The notes below the pieces were generated by a model, which made no database searches, was not told the origin of the DNA, and worked only from the letters and a program-made list of their open reading frames with translations. This document shows, piece after piece, positions 52,072 through 64,000 of a stretch of DNA of 64,000 nt (the first letter of the stretch is position 1; every line of letters begins with the position of its first letter). This DNA comes from Octopus sinensis (taxonomy: Eukaryota), in NCBI RefSeq assembly GCF_006345805.1, contig NC_043013.1:9858001-9922000 (forward strand), in the 5' to 3' direction. A program made the translations under genes and the position numbers.

Positions 52072-52200
52072 AGGCGGCGAACTGGGAAGATCATTAGCGC
52101 GCTGGGCAAAATGCTTAAAGGCGTTTCATCCGTTTTACTTTCTGAGTTTAAATTTCACCGAGGTCGACTTTGGCTTTCATCCTTTGGGGAACAATAAAGT
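52072..52200 (+). mobile_element. SINE group B, degenerate 5' part
   Basis: aggcggcgaactgggaagatcattagcgcgctgggcaaaatgc...caccgaggtcgactttggctttcatcc. Confidence 0.75.
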
Positions 52201-53150
52201 GAACATCAGTTGTAAACTTGATTCACCCACTCCCACAGACTTGCTGGCCAAGTGAGTAACTGCAGTAAGGATTCCATATTCGTTTAACAGTTACCTGTCA
52301 TACTAGCAAAAAGACGGCATATACTTGTATAGATAGGTTGACAAAAAAAAAAAAGACCATGGCTAGTCCAGTATATTAAAGCTTGAGTAGACAAGTCTGT
52401 GCGAGCATTAGATTGGTACTCATTACAGCCGAGTAGATTGGTGCATCCTGATATGAAATACTTTGCTCGTGGTCACCAACACATCACTTGGTCCAGGAAT
52501 GGAAAGCCTTGATCTTATGTTCGTGCACAAATGTCTCTACCCGTCTGCTCTGAGTTTCCTAAGTATCTTATAACGATGCCAATCGGCTTTGGAGACGAAA
52601 GCCAGCATAAATTCAAGAATTCCATTTGCACAAACGGTTCGATGCTGATCATCAAACTGCTGTTTTAATCCATATTATTGCTTAAGCAAGGGTTAAAATA
52701 ATTGAATTAAACTCAACCCAAAATCTTCGTGTTAGCGTCGATCTTACAGAGCTATGATTATAGATATTCTAGCTATAGCCATGATATCGTATTTTCAGAT
52801 ATAATTCCATTATCTTTTACGGCCTTTCTTCTGTAAGATGGTAGCTAAATGCTTTGAGAAGACGGCATAGAAACTGACTTTCTCTTTGTACATGTTTGAA
52901 AGAATTGAGGACTGACAATATATCTACAAAACTACTAGCACGCCGTTACTTTGTCCTTTCTAGTTCTATTCTGTTTATATGTTCTCTTCTGTACTTAACT
53001 GTATATTTTGGAAACCAATAAATGAATAAGATTTTAGATTACCGGTTGCCAATTAGGGAGAATGTGTCTAGTTCGAAAGGAGGCTGATCTATATCTTATG
53101 CTTAGGAGAATTACTTAGAATATGTACAAATGGAAATTGTAGTTGTGATA

Positions 53151-53476
53151 CCTGTGCCGGTGGCATGTAAAAAGCACCATCCGAATGTGGCCGATGCCAG
53201 CGCCGCCTTGACTGGCTTCTGTGCCGGTGGCACGTAAAAAGCGCCAACCAATTGTGGCCGCTGCCAGCCTCCACTGGCACCTGTGCCGGTAGCACGTAAA
53301 TAGCACCCACTACACTCACGGAGTGGTTGGTGTTAGGAAGGGCATCCAGCTGTAGAAATACTGCCAGATCAGACTGGAGCCTGGTGCAGCTTCCTGGATT
53401 CCCAGAATCCGGTCGAACCGTCCAACCCGTGTTAGCATGGAAAACGGACGTTAAACGATGATGATGATGATGATGA
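53151..53476 (+). mobile_element. Non-autonomous retroposon with triplicated internal motif and (GAT)n tail
   Basis: ctgtgccggtrgcaygtaaa occurs at 53152, 53219 and 53281. The 3' part ttaggaagggcatccagctgtagaaa...gcatggaaaacggacgttaaac ends in (GAT)n. Confidence 0.75.
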
Positions 53477-54542
53477 TATACTGGCTCCACATCCATACGA
53501 GATGGACTGAACTGAAATCTCACAGTCAGTGAAGGTTACAGAAACCTGAATGTGCTCATAGATCTTTTCCTTTCACTCTCTTCCTCTCTTGGGTTTCTTG
53601 AAATGATTGATTGACGAGGCTAAAATAAATCACTAAATTTCGTATGCACAGTTGGTCAGTCAGTAGCTTTGTCAAACGTGTTTGTGTAATCTTTCTAAAT
53701 GTTTATAAGTGACAGGTGTCTCGGGTCTATGATGACACATACACACACTTGTCTAAACAGGCGCACAGACTATCTAAATAAACATACAGACATTGTCTGA
53801 TCAACTGACTTGATTTAACTTACTATACACTTCAACAGCCTATCATTCACCTACCATCTGTTGAGCTTTCTTTTTCTCTTTCACGCAACACTAAGCAAAG
53901 ACTCTTACTTTCTGATTTGACTACTTCGGTAGCGTAAAAATGAGTGACGTTGGGTTAGGGATAAAACGGTCTGTCGACGACGAGGTGTATAACACACAAT
54001 CGATGTTTTAATCTAATTTTGTAATTATTTCACTGCAGGTGGTTTATCTTGGGTAGAAAGGTAATACCATTAACCTTTGGTGGGATACTAGTGGGTCTGA
54101 TACATTTGATATTCTGATAAATACTGTGATATACTTCTGATATTAATTAGATTTCTAGAAATAATCATGAAAGGAATTCCTGAAGAGGTAGGAGTTAGAA
54201 ATATATTGAGTACGATGACAAAGGGTCAAATGAGGCTACGGCGCTGAATGGTGGCTATGGAAGCGGAAAGATACGCAAGGTTGATAGAATTGTTACAGTT
54301 CTTACTGTTTTGTTCTACGTCAGTCCTGATTGAACGATGCCATGATCATCGACATTGCATCTGTAACCTTGTGATGTTTAGAGCTATATAAAATATATAT
54401 AAATCTAATGTGCCTTTCCTTATTAATAAAGATATGGTGTGACTTTAGAAAATTTGGCAGCCATTTTTCGCAAATCAGGTGCCAACTTGAGGGTAATGAA
54501 GTACAATACATATAATACGAACGCTATTATAGCAGTCCTATC

Positions 54543-54672
54543 TACCGAGGTCGACTTTGCCTTTCACCCTCTTGGGATCGATAAATTCAGTACCAGTTGC
54601 GTCCTGGGGTCGATATAATCGACTGGCCCCCTCCCCAAAATTTCGGGCCTTGCGCCTATGGTAGAAAAGATT
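54543..54672 (+). mobile_element. SINE group B (tail T2), 3' part
   Basis: accgaggtcgactttgcc...ggggtcgatataatcgactggccccctccccaaaatttcgggccttgcgcc. Confidence 0.85.
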
Positions 54673-54966
54673 ATAGCAGTCCCGTGGAATAAGCTTACTT
54701 TTCATGCAGATATACTTGTAGTCACATTCTAAATTTCTTATAATCTGCATATATTTCATATAGTTATTATACAAATAATATCATATATATGATCTTTTTA
54801 CGAATGATCTGATATGAGCTATTTATATTACTTTCATAGTATCCACACACATTTCATACAGCTAAATCTGTAATCATATTTGAACAGTCACGCATATTTT
54901 ACATATAGCTATTATAGTAACTCAATTATTCATGTCTCATAGAATCCAGACACATTTCATGCAATC

Positions 54967-55340
54967 ATGCTTGAGAGGCGGTTGGATGGAACCTACACTC
55001 GCCTCCTTATGAGAGCTCAAAATCTCTCGTGGAAGCGCCATCCAACCAAAATGCAAATATATGGGAAACTACTACCTGTGTCATCTCTTGTGAAAAGTAG
55101 GAGATTCCAGTTTGCTGGACATTGTTGTAGAGCTGAAAAAGAGGTAATTTCTCCTCTTCTCCTCTGGAAGCCATCTACTCGCAATACCAGAGGACGCACA
55201 CTCTCCTACCCTGATGTAATCTCCAGGGATACAGGCATCCAGCAACAGGACCTCCATAATGCCATGATGGACCGTGAAGTCTGGCGTAGCATGGTAAATT
55301 CCATTGTCTCGACCACGGTCGAACAACGATGATGATGATG
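54967..55340 (+). mobile_element. 5'-truncated RTE-clade LINE; C-terminal end of the RT ORF with (GAT)n tail
   Basis: The ORF 54967-55332 (LERRLDGTYTRLLMRAQNLSWKRHPT...RRFQFAGHCCR...LLLWKP...RGRTLSYPDVISRDTG...AMMDREVWR) has the post-RT motifs of RTE/RTEX elements and stops in a gatgatgat tail. Confidence 0.85.
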
Positions 55341-55734
55341 CAATCATAATTATAGTCATATTTGAAGTTTTACGGATGCACATATATTTCTAATAGTAAT
55401 ATTTCTGATTACGTTATATCAATCTCATTATATTTGCACGCAGTTTATAACCATCCCATTACATAGTCTTATAGAATCCATGCTCAATTCCTAATTTCAT
55501 TGTAGTGATTTCATCATTTTTTTAAAAAAATGTCTCTTGTGTATGAAGGGACTCTATTTATGATCTACCGCAGAACGTCCTTGATTAGTGACATCAACGA
55601 GGTCGCTGTTATTGAACAATCAAAAGCTTATCTCAACGAAAATCTTTGCAAGAATTTACTTCAGCAAACGACCATCGACTCAAAACCATGGAACTCGATT
55701 ACTGGCATCGCAAGGCAGACGTTCAAGCAATATC

Positions 55735-55981
55735 TCTCTTTTACTCTTTTACTTGTTTCAGTCATTTGACTGTGGCCATGCTGGAACACCGCCTTTTAGT
55801 CGAGCAAATCTTTGTAAGCCTAGTACTTATTCTATCGGAACTTTTGCCGTTCCGCTAAGTTACGGGGACGTAAACATACCAATATCGGTTGTCAAGCAAT
55901 GTTGGGGGGACAAACACATACACACAAACATATACACACACGTACACACACACATACACACACACACACATACACACACAT

Positions 55982-56016
<35 letters not shown>

Positions 56017-56128
56017 CGACGGGTTTCTTTCAGTTTCCGTCAACCAGATTCACTCACAAGGCTTTGGTCGGCCCGAGGCTATGTAGTTCGTAAGCAAGCT
56101 ACTTACCACACAGCCACTCCTACGCCTA
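55735..56128 (-). mobile_element. SINE group A with internal deletion
   Basis: The A 3' half and (CA)n tract are present; part of the 5' half is missing. Confidence 0.85.
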
Positions 56129-56294
56129 TCTGTATAATTTAAAATAAAATCATGCAAACTTAATGAAAGTAGTTCCAAGCTATCGTAACATCATATACGT
56201 TTACCATTATTCTGCTCTCCGTGTTTTCTGTAGACCTGTCGGACAGTCCAACATCAATAAAAGGTGGAGACGAAGTATCTTGACAGATCATGAA

Positions 56295-56607
56295 AAACGA
56301 TAAAAGTCGCCCTTTTCAAGCCTAGCCAGGGTCATTGGTCCGGTTTTCCGGTTTCTGTGGCGTATGTGTTCCCCCCAGCTGGACGGGACGCCAGTCCATC
56401 ACAGAGTTACTCAAGAAACAGGAAGAGTGAGAGAGAAAGTTGTGGCGAAAGAGTACAACAGGGGTCGTCACCAACCCCTGCTGGAGCCTCGTGGAGTTTT
56501 AGATGTTTTCGCTCGATAAACAAACACAACATCCGGTCTGGGAATCGAAACGGTGATCCTCCGACCGTGTGTCCACTGCCCTAACCACTAGGCCATTGCG
56601 CCTCCAC
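56295..56607 (-). mobile_element. tRNA-derived SINE with D head and middle plus C tail, 14-bp TSD
   Basis: TSD tgacagatcatgaa at 56281-56294 and 56608-56621. The head and middle match 27372-27671; the tail matches 965-1060. Confidence 0.9.
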
Positions 56608-57291
56608 TGACAGATCATGAAGCAATACAAGATCGATAAAATAAGTACCAATGGAGCACTAGGGTCGATGCAATCGACTAAGTCCCTCGTCCCACGAAAT
56701 TGCCGGCCTTATGCTAAAATTTGAAACCAGAATTATTAAAAATGTGTTAAAATGTTTTGAGTACTGTAGATGTATAACCACTTGAGTGCACATTAAGTTT
56801 AACAATACCTTATATGAGCTCCTTAGGGTCATATTGTCCCTGGTTGACAATCATAGCCCTAAACCCTTCAAAGCTGTGCTCAAGAGTAGTTCAACGTCTG
56901 ACCCAAGTAAAAAAGATAAAAGTCACGCACACCCATATACATCCACATACACACATGTTACCTTGGTCCTGATATTCTTATTGGCTTTTAGTGTTCAGCA
57001 AGCCCCACTCTCTGGTAGCTTGCACAGTCGTATTATACAAACATCTGCAGAGCCGCTTAGAGAATGATGGATGGGTATTGTGCGTGTGAGATTGTATATA
57101 TATATAATATATATATATATGTACGTACGTCAAAGTTGTTTTCTATTTATTAGTGAATGTCTGTAGGTGTATCTGTGCATGTGTATGTGTGACAGTCAAT
57201 GTGCCTGCTTGCTTCGTTTCTTAGTGGCCATTGGATTACTTCAAGTCATCTGCAGTACTGATTGGTTGAATGTTACTAGGGAGCTGACTTA

Positions 57292-57354
<63 letters not shown>

Positions 57355-57617
57355 ACACACACACAGGCATCCCTATTTCTATGTGTATACATGTATATGT
57401 ATATTTGTATATGTATATAAATTTATATACATATATATATATTTGTGTATATATATATATATATATATATATTTGTATATGTATAAAAATATATACACAT
57501 ATGTATATAGTCCATTGTTGTAACCATGTGTTTTTTTTTGTAGATGTATATTGTATATGTAATTGGACGTGAAACCACGTGTTTTACTCACATGCCTACA
57601 CGTACACACACACGCAC

Positions 57618-57675
<58 letters not shown>

Positions 57676-57694
57676 TGTAAACATGTATACATGC

Positions 57695-57747
<53 letters not shown>

Positions 57748-58399
57748 TATATCTATTTTTTATACATGAATGTGAGCAAACATGCATACACATGTATCTC
57801 CCTCTCTTCTCTCTCCCTCTCTTTCTCCCTCTCTCTCTCAATATATATATGTGTGTATGTATAATGTGCGGGTATTTTGCGCGCGTGTCAGATCTGCAAA
57901 GCATACAAATATATATTACGCATTGGGCAAACATTATCTGATACAGAACTCAATATCTGTGCTAGAGTGGAAAGATATGTTTATCATATCTCTGTGTGAG
58001 TTCATACCTATGTTATCTGCTTTATTTCTGTATAAATGATTATATTTTCCAGTATATCATTTTGCATTTTAAGACTGTACGGTGCGATTGAAATGGAATT
58101 CGGCTCCCATTTGTCGATGGCGATTCACCTTTGCCGAGTCCTCCTTTACTCTAAGTAAACTTTAATATTGTTTATTCTCACATTGAAAGTCTCATATCAA
58201 TTGTGAGTGAAAATGAGTGATGAAACCTCGTAATTTCTGTATCAGTATCTCTCTTGTTCAGCTCAATATTTATATATATCTTTGTGAATTTGAAGTTTTT
58301 TGGTTGTGATATTCAGCATTGGTGGGTAAATTTTCCACAGCCTGATACAGACATGTTTTATGATAAAACCTGTCTGCGTCCATAACTTCGCCGTAGGAG

Positions 58400-58760
58400 A
58401 ATGGCTGCTTAATTCAGAAGCTGAGTAAGCAACCGCTTGGTTTTGGGGTAATTCCAAGTGCGTGCCACCTTGGGCATGTGTCTTCTACTATAGCTACGAG
58501 CCGACTAATAATTTGGGAGTGAATTTGGTAGACGGAAATTCGGAGGTATCCTAACGTGTGTGTGTGTCACACACCCCAACCGGTGTTGGTCTGGTTACGT
58601 CTCCGTAACTTATCGATTCGGAAAATGTTCCCATAAATACTTGACTTAAAAAATAAAAAAAAATAAAAATATTGGGAGCGATTTATTCCACTAGAACCGT
58701 TCAGGTCGGTGCCCCCAGCATGGCTGCAGCGCAGTGACTGACACGAGTGAAAGATAAATC
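58400..58760 (+). mobile_element. SINE group A, degenerate
   Basis: ccaccttgggcatgtgtcttctactatag...gaatttggtagacggaaatt...gcccccagcatggctgcag. Confidence 0.65.
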
Positions 58761-59539
58761 GACCTCTAATATTTCTGTTCTATGGCAATGATAAATATGA
58801 GACAAATCCAAAGCGCGTAAGATTTTATGAAATTTAAACGAGCCTATAGAATCTAAAGACGTAAAGTTGAATATAAAAAAAAGAGTAAAAGTCAAGACCA
58901 TTACATTCTTAATGAAGTATGTAATTGGAAATAAGTTTTCGCTTCCAACTATTTGAAATATTACCATCAGGTGTCCCAGATGAACCAACTTCACGGCAGG
59001 AGGTGCAGATGAGGGCAGCTGCATCGAACTCTCTCATGCACCAAATGGCAATTGCTAAAAAGCATTCGTGAAGTAAAATCATGTAGCAACACCAAATGGC
59101 AGTACCCCAGCATGGCCACAGCTCGTGAGCTGAAACTAGATAAAATAAAATAAAATAATATAAATTTGTATATAACATATTTTCCGGAACCATTTGTTTC
59201 AAAGCGTTACCCGATTACAAATGTTTCCGAACCAGTGGGATCACTTTGTGCAACACGCAAAAAAAATAAGTTGAAAAATAGGAATTCTACACTAATATAA
59301 ATGACATAATTTTATTTATTACAGTACTGTACATGGTACTAAGAAATAGGGTTGCCCAGTAAAATAGTCTGACGAGCGTGGTAATTTGAAGCTCCTGATC
59401 GTCAATAAGTGCGGATTATAAGAGGCTTCTGGGCCATGAGTGTTCACAAAGCAGATGCTTTTACCGGTACATGAGCATGAGCAAAATATTCTCATCGTAA
59501 GAAAAGTAAATATATTTCTGAAATTTCGGGAGTCTTGGA

Positions 59540-59990
59540 GGCAGCGATGGCGTGGTACAGTTTTGGCTATGTGGTTTGAAGTTTCCTTCTCAATCACATG
59601 GCTCCGAGAACAGTCCCACTGCATGGAACGTTAAGCAAGTGCCTTCTCCTATAGCCTCGGACTGGCCAAAGTCTTGTGAGTGGATTTGTTAGACGGAAAC
59701 TGAAAGAAGCCCGTCGCATGTATATACATAAATGCATCCATACATACACACACACACACACCGTGTTGTGCATGTTTCTTTCTGCTTGTGTTTGTCCCCC
59801 ATTACCACTTGGCAACCGCTGTCGGTTTGTTTACGTCCACGTAAACCTAGCTTTTCGGCTGAAGAGACAGATAGAATAAGCAGCAGACTTGAAGAATAGA
59901 ATCTGCTGGGGTCACTTCATTCGACTAAAGATTCTTCAAAACTGTGCCCCAGCATGACCGTAGTCACATGACTGAAACATATAAAAGACT
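59540..59990 (+). mobile_element. SINE group A
   Basis: cagtcccactgc...agacggaaactgaaagaagcccgtcg...gcatgaccgtagtcacatgactgaaac. Confidence 0.8.
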
Positions 59991-60621
59991 TACTGATAAT
60001 TATAGTCAAAACACTTTAGATGAGAGACCGTTAGATTTAAAGATCTAACGATTTTAATTGCAGGATACCGTATAACGAAAATATTATATTTTACCCTTCA
60101 CATTATTAAAATCCTAAAATTTTGATTTATCAACGAGCGTCAACATACACAAACACACACACACACACACCACACACACACACACACACACACCAATGTA
60201 TAATCATTGTTATAAAACACTATTGAGATATCGGAATCTGTAGAGGAGCGGACAAATTTTCTTGATGAAAAATGATAACATCGAAACCCCACTTCTCGTA
60301 CTACACTCCCTTCCTTATAAAGTAAGAATTTAAAGATACCGGTTAATGCTAATTTCAAAGATGATGATAATGGTTATCATCATCACTATCGCAAACGCAA
60401 CCTTCATCATCATCATCATCGCCATCACCATCATCAACATAAGTATGATGCTGGAGATAAATATCTGGCAGGTAGGTTAGGTAGACATATATACAGACAG
60501 ACAGGCAAGCAGACAGGCAGACAGATAGATAGATAGATAGATAGACAGAGATAGATAGATAGATAGATAGATAGACAGAGATAGGTAGAAAGATAGATAG
60601 ATATAGATAGATAGATAGATA

Positions 60622-61012
60622 GGCGCAGGTGTGGCTGTGTGGTAAGTAGCTTGCTAACCAACCACATGGTTCCGGGTTCAGTCCCACTGCGTGGCATCTT
60701 GGGCAAGTGTCTTCTGCTATAGCCCTGGGCCGACCAATGCCTTGTGAGTGGATTTGGTAGACGGAAACTGAAAGAAGCCTGTCGTATATATGTATATATA
60801 TATATGTGTTTGTTTGTGTGTCTGTGTTTGTTCCCCTAGCATTGCTTGACAACCGATGCTGGTGGTTTACGTCCCCGTCACATAGCGGTTCGGCAAAAAA
60901 GAGACCGATAGAGAAAGTACGGGCTTACAAAGAATAAGTCCGGGGTCGAGTTGCTCGATTAAAGGCGGTGCTCCAGCATGGCCGCAGTCAAATGACTGAA
61001 ACAAGTAAAAGA
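60622..61012 (+). mobile_element. SINE group A, young full-length copy
   Basis: Near-identical to 49692-50085 apart from the internal microsatellite. Confidence 0.95.
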
Positions 61013-61195
61013 GAAAAAGAGAAAGAGAAAGAGACAGACAGACAGAGATAGGTAGAAAGATATATATAATATATAGATAGATAGATAGATAGACAGAGAT
61101 AGGTAGAAAGATAGATATAGATAGATAAATAGATATAGATAGATAAATAGTGATAGATAGATAGATATATAGATAGATGGATAGACAGAGGTAGG

Positions 61196-61235
<40 letters not shown>

Positions 61236-61646
61236 TAGATAGGTCGGTAGGTAGGTAGGTAGACAGATAGACAGATAGCATTGGCGGTATGTCAGTGGCT
61301 GATCTATATCTGTTAACGAATTTGGGCCAAATATGACAATGAAAAAGATTAAGACGTTTGCACTCAAGAATCATCAAGCTGACAGCCAAGAAAGCAACAG
61401 GGGGAATTCAGTGAAACGATTGCTGCCGTTTCGTTTTCTTTCTCTGCTCATTGATGTTGTTGTAGTTGTTGTTGCTTTACTTTTGTTACAACTCGATGAC
61501 AACTATTCTACTTGAAAATGCCGAAAATACTTTTTGAGGTACATATGTGTGCGCTGTGTCAAATTTTAAGGCAGTTGCTCTATATGTGTAAGAGATATAC
61601 ATTAATTTGTGTTAATTACACACAAACACACCTTTATCAAAATATA

Positions 61647-61695
<49 letters not shown>

Positions 61696-61837
61696 TCACA
61701 CACAGAACACACACACACACACACACACAGAAGCACGTAAACGTTTGTTGCATAAGAATGTAAGCGTGTGTGAGTACATACATACGTGCATGGATAATAA
61801 TAATAATAAAAATAATAATAATAACAATAATAATAAT

Positions 61838-62857
61838 GGAAGTGTTATCATGTACATTGTTTTTTCTTGGTATAAAAGATGGGCTACAGCAAATATTCTG
61901 CTCAATACCACAGATTTGCTTGTCAGTTGTTTGACCGTAACCAGTTGACCATGTCCCTTAGTGGCTGACGATATGTGCATCTCTGATCACGAGCAGAAGT
62001 AGTGGGGGAGCATCATAGCCATGTGTTGAGAAGGATTCTTTGCGGTTTGAATAATTCACCTCTAGAAAAATGGGTGTTTCGTTCAACGTCCTTAAACAAC
62101 CCTTATTCAGGGACCTTTTGAGCGGGATGGGTTACTCGATCTGAAGAAAATTCTAACTGGGCTCCACCTGCAAGGTCATGTGCTCTTTATCTTGATATGA
62201 GATCACCATGTCGCGCACATATGGTTGTGATGCATGTGCCTGGTGTACCCTTATCAGACGGGTAGTCATGATGGGTATACTGGGCTTCGTATATTTTACC
62301 CCAGTGTCACTTTGATGGCATACTCTGCTCGCTCACTCAATAATAATAATAATAATGGAAGTGTTACCATGTACATTGTTTTTTCTTGGTATAAAAGATG
62401 GGCTACAGCAAATATTCTGCTCAATACCACAAGTTTGCTTGTCAGTTGTTTGACCTTAACCAGTTGAGCATGTCCCTTGGTGGCTGACGATATGTGCATC
62501 TCTGATCATGAGCAGAAGTAGTTGGGGAGCATCATAGCCATGTGTTGAAAGGAATTCTTGGAGGTTTGGATAATTCACCTCTGGAAACATAGGTGGTCCG
62601 TTCAACATCCTTAAACAACCTTTATACAAGGACCTATTGACTGTGATGGGTTATTCGACCAGAAGAAAATTCTAACTGGGCCCCACCTGCAAGGTCATGT
62701 GCTATTTATCTTGATATGAGATCACCATATCGCGCACATATGGTTGTGATGCATGTGCCTGGTGTACCCTTATCAGACGAGTAGTCATGATGGGTATACT
62801 GGGCTTCGTATATTTTACCCCAGTGTCACTTTGATGGCATGCACTGCTCTCTCACTC
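61838..62857 (+). repeat. Tandem pair of a 501-bp element, each copy flanked by (TAA)n
   Basis: Copy 1 is 61838-62338 and copy 2 is 62357-62857. Both start ggaagtgttaycatgtacattg and end ctcactc followed by (AAT)n, and differ by scattered substitutions. Confidence 0.9.
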
Positions 62858-62891
<34 letters not shown>

Positions 62892-63398
62892 GCTAACACT
62901 AATTTCTATGTGTCAGTATGTCACACATTGACATCCTCTCTAACTATTCAATGACACTTCTACTATTCCTCATTATGGGGTGAGTGTAATAGAAGACATA
63001 GAGACAGTGAGATTGGTAGTAGATTGATGGTTGTGATGGTAATGGGGTGATATTTACGGTATGAGCTGTAGTTGTGACAGAGTTGTAGGCGACGGTAATG
63101 GTAGTGGTTCTGATGAAGGTGATACTTGAAAATATTCAACAGAAAGGGAAAGAGGTTAGATAAAAAAAAAATGTACTGACCCTTGAATGAGAAGGTAAAA
63201 AATGTTGTTTATCATGCAGTTTTGCAATAAGTTCCAAGTCGACAAATTATATCATTGCTTTGATGAAAATCGATCATTGCTTAAAAATTTAACATGTACT
63301 CAATGCATGAAGTCTCATTGTTTGGCTCGAGGACCAATGAAGAGACCTCCATCGGACCTAGCTTAAAAGCCGTCCAATAGAGCAGCTTTTAAGCTAGA

Positions 63399-63431
<33 letters not shown>

Positions 63432-63435
<4 letters not shown>

Positions 63436-63582
63436 CTCTATTGGTAAGAAGCTTGCTTCTCATTCATATGGTCCTGCGATCAGTCCCACTGCGTAGTAAC
63501 CTGGGCAAGTGTTTCTACTATAGTCTGGGGCCGACCAAATTCTTGTGAGTGGATTTAGTAGAAGGAAACTGAATAATGCCCG

Positions 63583-63637
<55 letters not shown>

Positions 63638-63850
63638 ACTGTGTATGTGCCTTTATGTTTGTGTTTGTTCCCCATCATGGTGGTGTGTTTACGTCCCCTT
63701 AACTTAGCGATTCAGAAAAAGGTAACGATAGAATTAGTATCAGCACTTTAAAAAACCCTGAGGTCGATTCGTTCGACTAAAATTCTTGAAGGCGATGCCC
63801 CAGCATGGCAACAGTCTAATAACTGAAACATGTAAAAGTGAAGGATAAAA
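63432..63850 (+). mobile_element. SINE group A
   Basis: ggtaagaagcttgcttc...cagtcccactgcgt...(TA)n(GT)n...gccccagcatggcaacagtctaataactgaaac. Confidence 0.85.
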
Positions 63851-64000
63851 GATATATGAACGTGTGTGTGCGCGCACGCGTGTTTTTGCATCTCTTTATG
63901 TTATATATGGGCTAAAGGAGATCTTGGAATATTTCCACAAACGCACCTACGCTTAGACACCTACATTCACTCACTGACCGACAAATGTGAATTATAAAAC

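Overview
This is repeat-dominated animal genomic DNA. The tRNA-derived SINE families and dense (TA)n/(TG)n/(TACA)n/(TATC)n/(AAT)n microsatellites look like an octopus genome; that assignment is inferred from repeat content only. No host protein-coding gene can be called confidently, and almost all ORFs in the track are translated microsatellites or SINEs. Supported features: a full-length but decayed 1.58-kb Tc1-type transposon with DD35E spacing (1867-3447, minus), two mariner deletion derivatives, a 5'-truncated RTE-clade LINE end (54967-55340), dozens of copies of three SINE groups (labelled A, B and C/D here) with swapped modules, a 501-bp element duplicated inside (TAA)n, a 1.9-kb (GGT)n-derived low-complexity block and a 100-N gap. 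The most striking structure is a 712-bp near-perfect palindrome (21052-21763; 354-bp arms, 4-nt loop) embedded in (TA)n. Each arm carries a type I hammerhead ribozyme of the Penelope/retrozyme kind with an unusually long stem II. The only mismatch found between the arms is at catalytic-core position A6: intact CUGAAGA on the minus strand, CUGCAGA on the plus strand. A second family with a non-canonical minimal hammerhead-like motif lies about 40 bp away and recurs at 48 kb.
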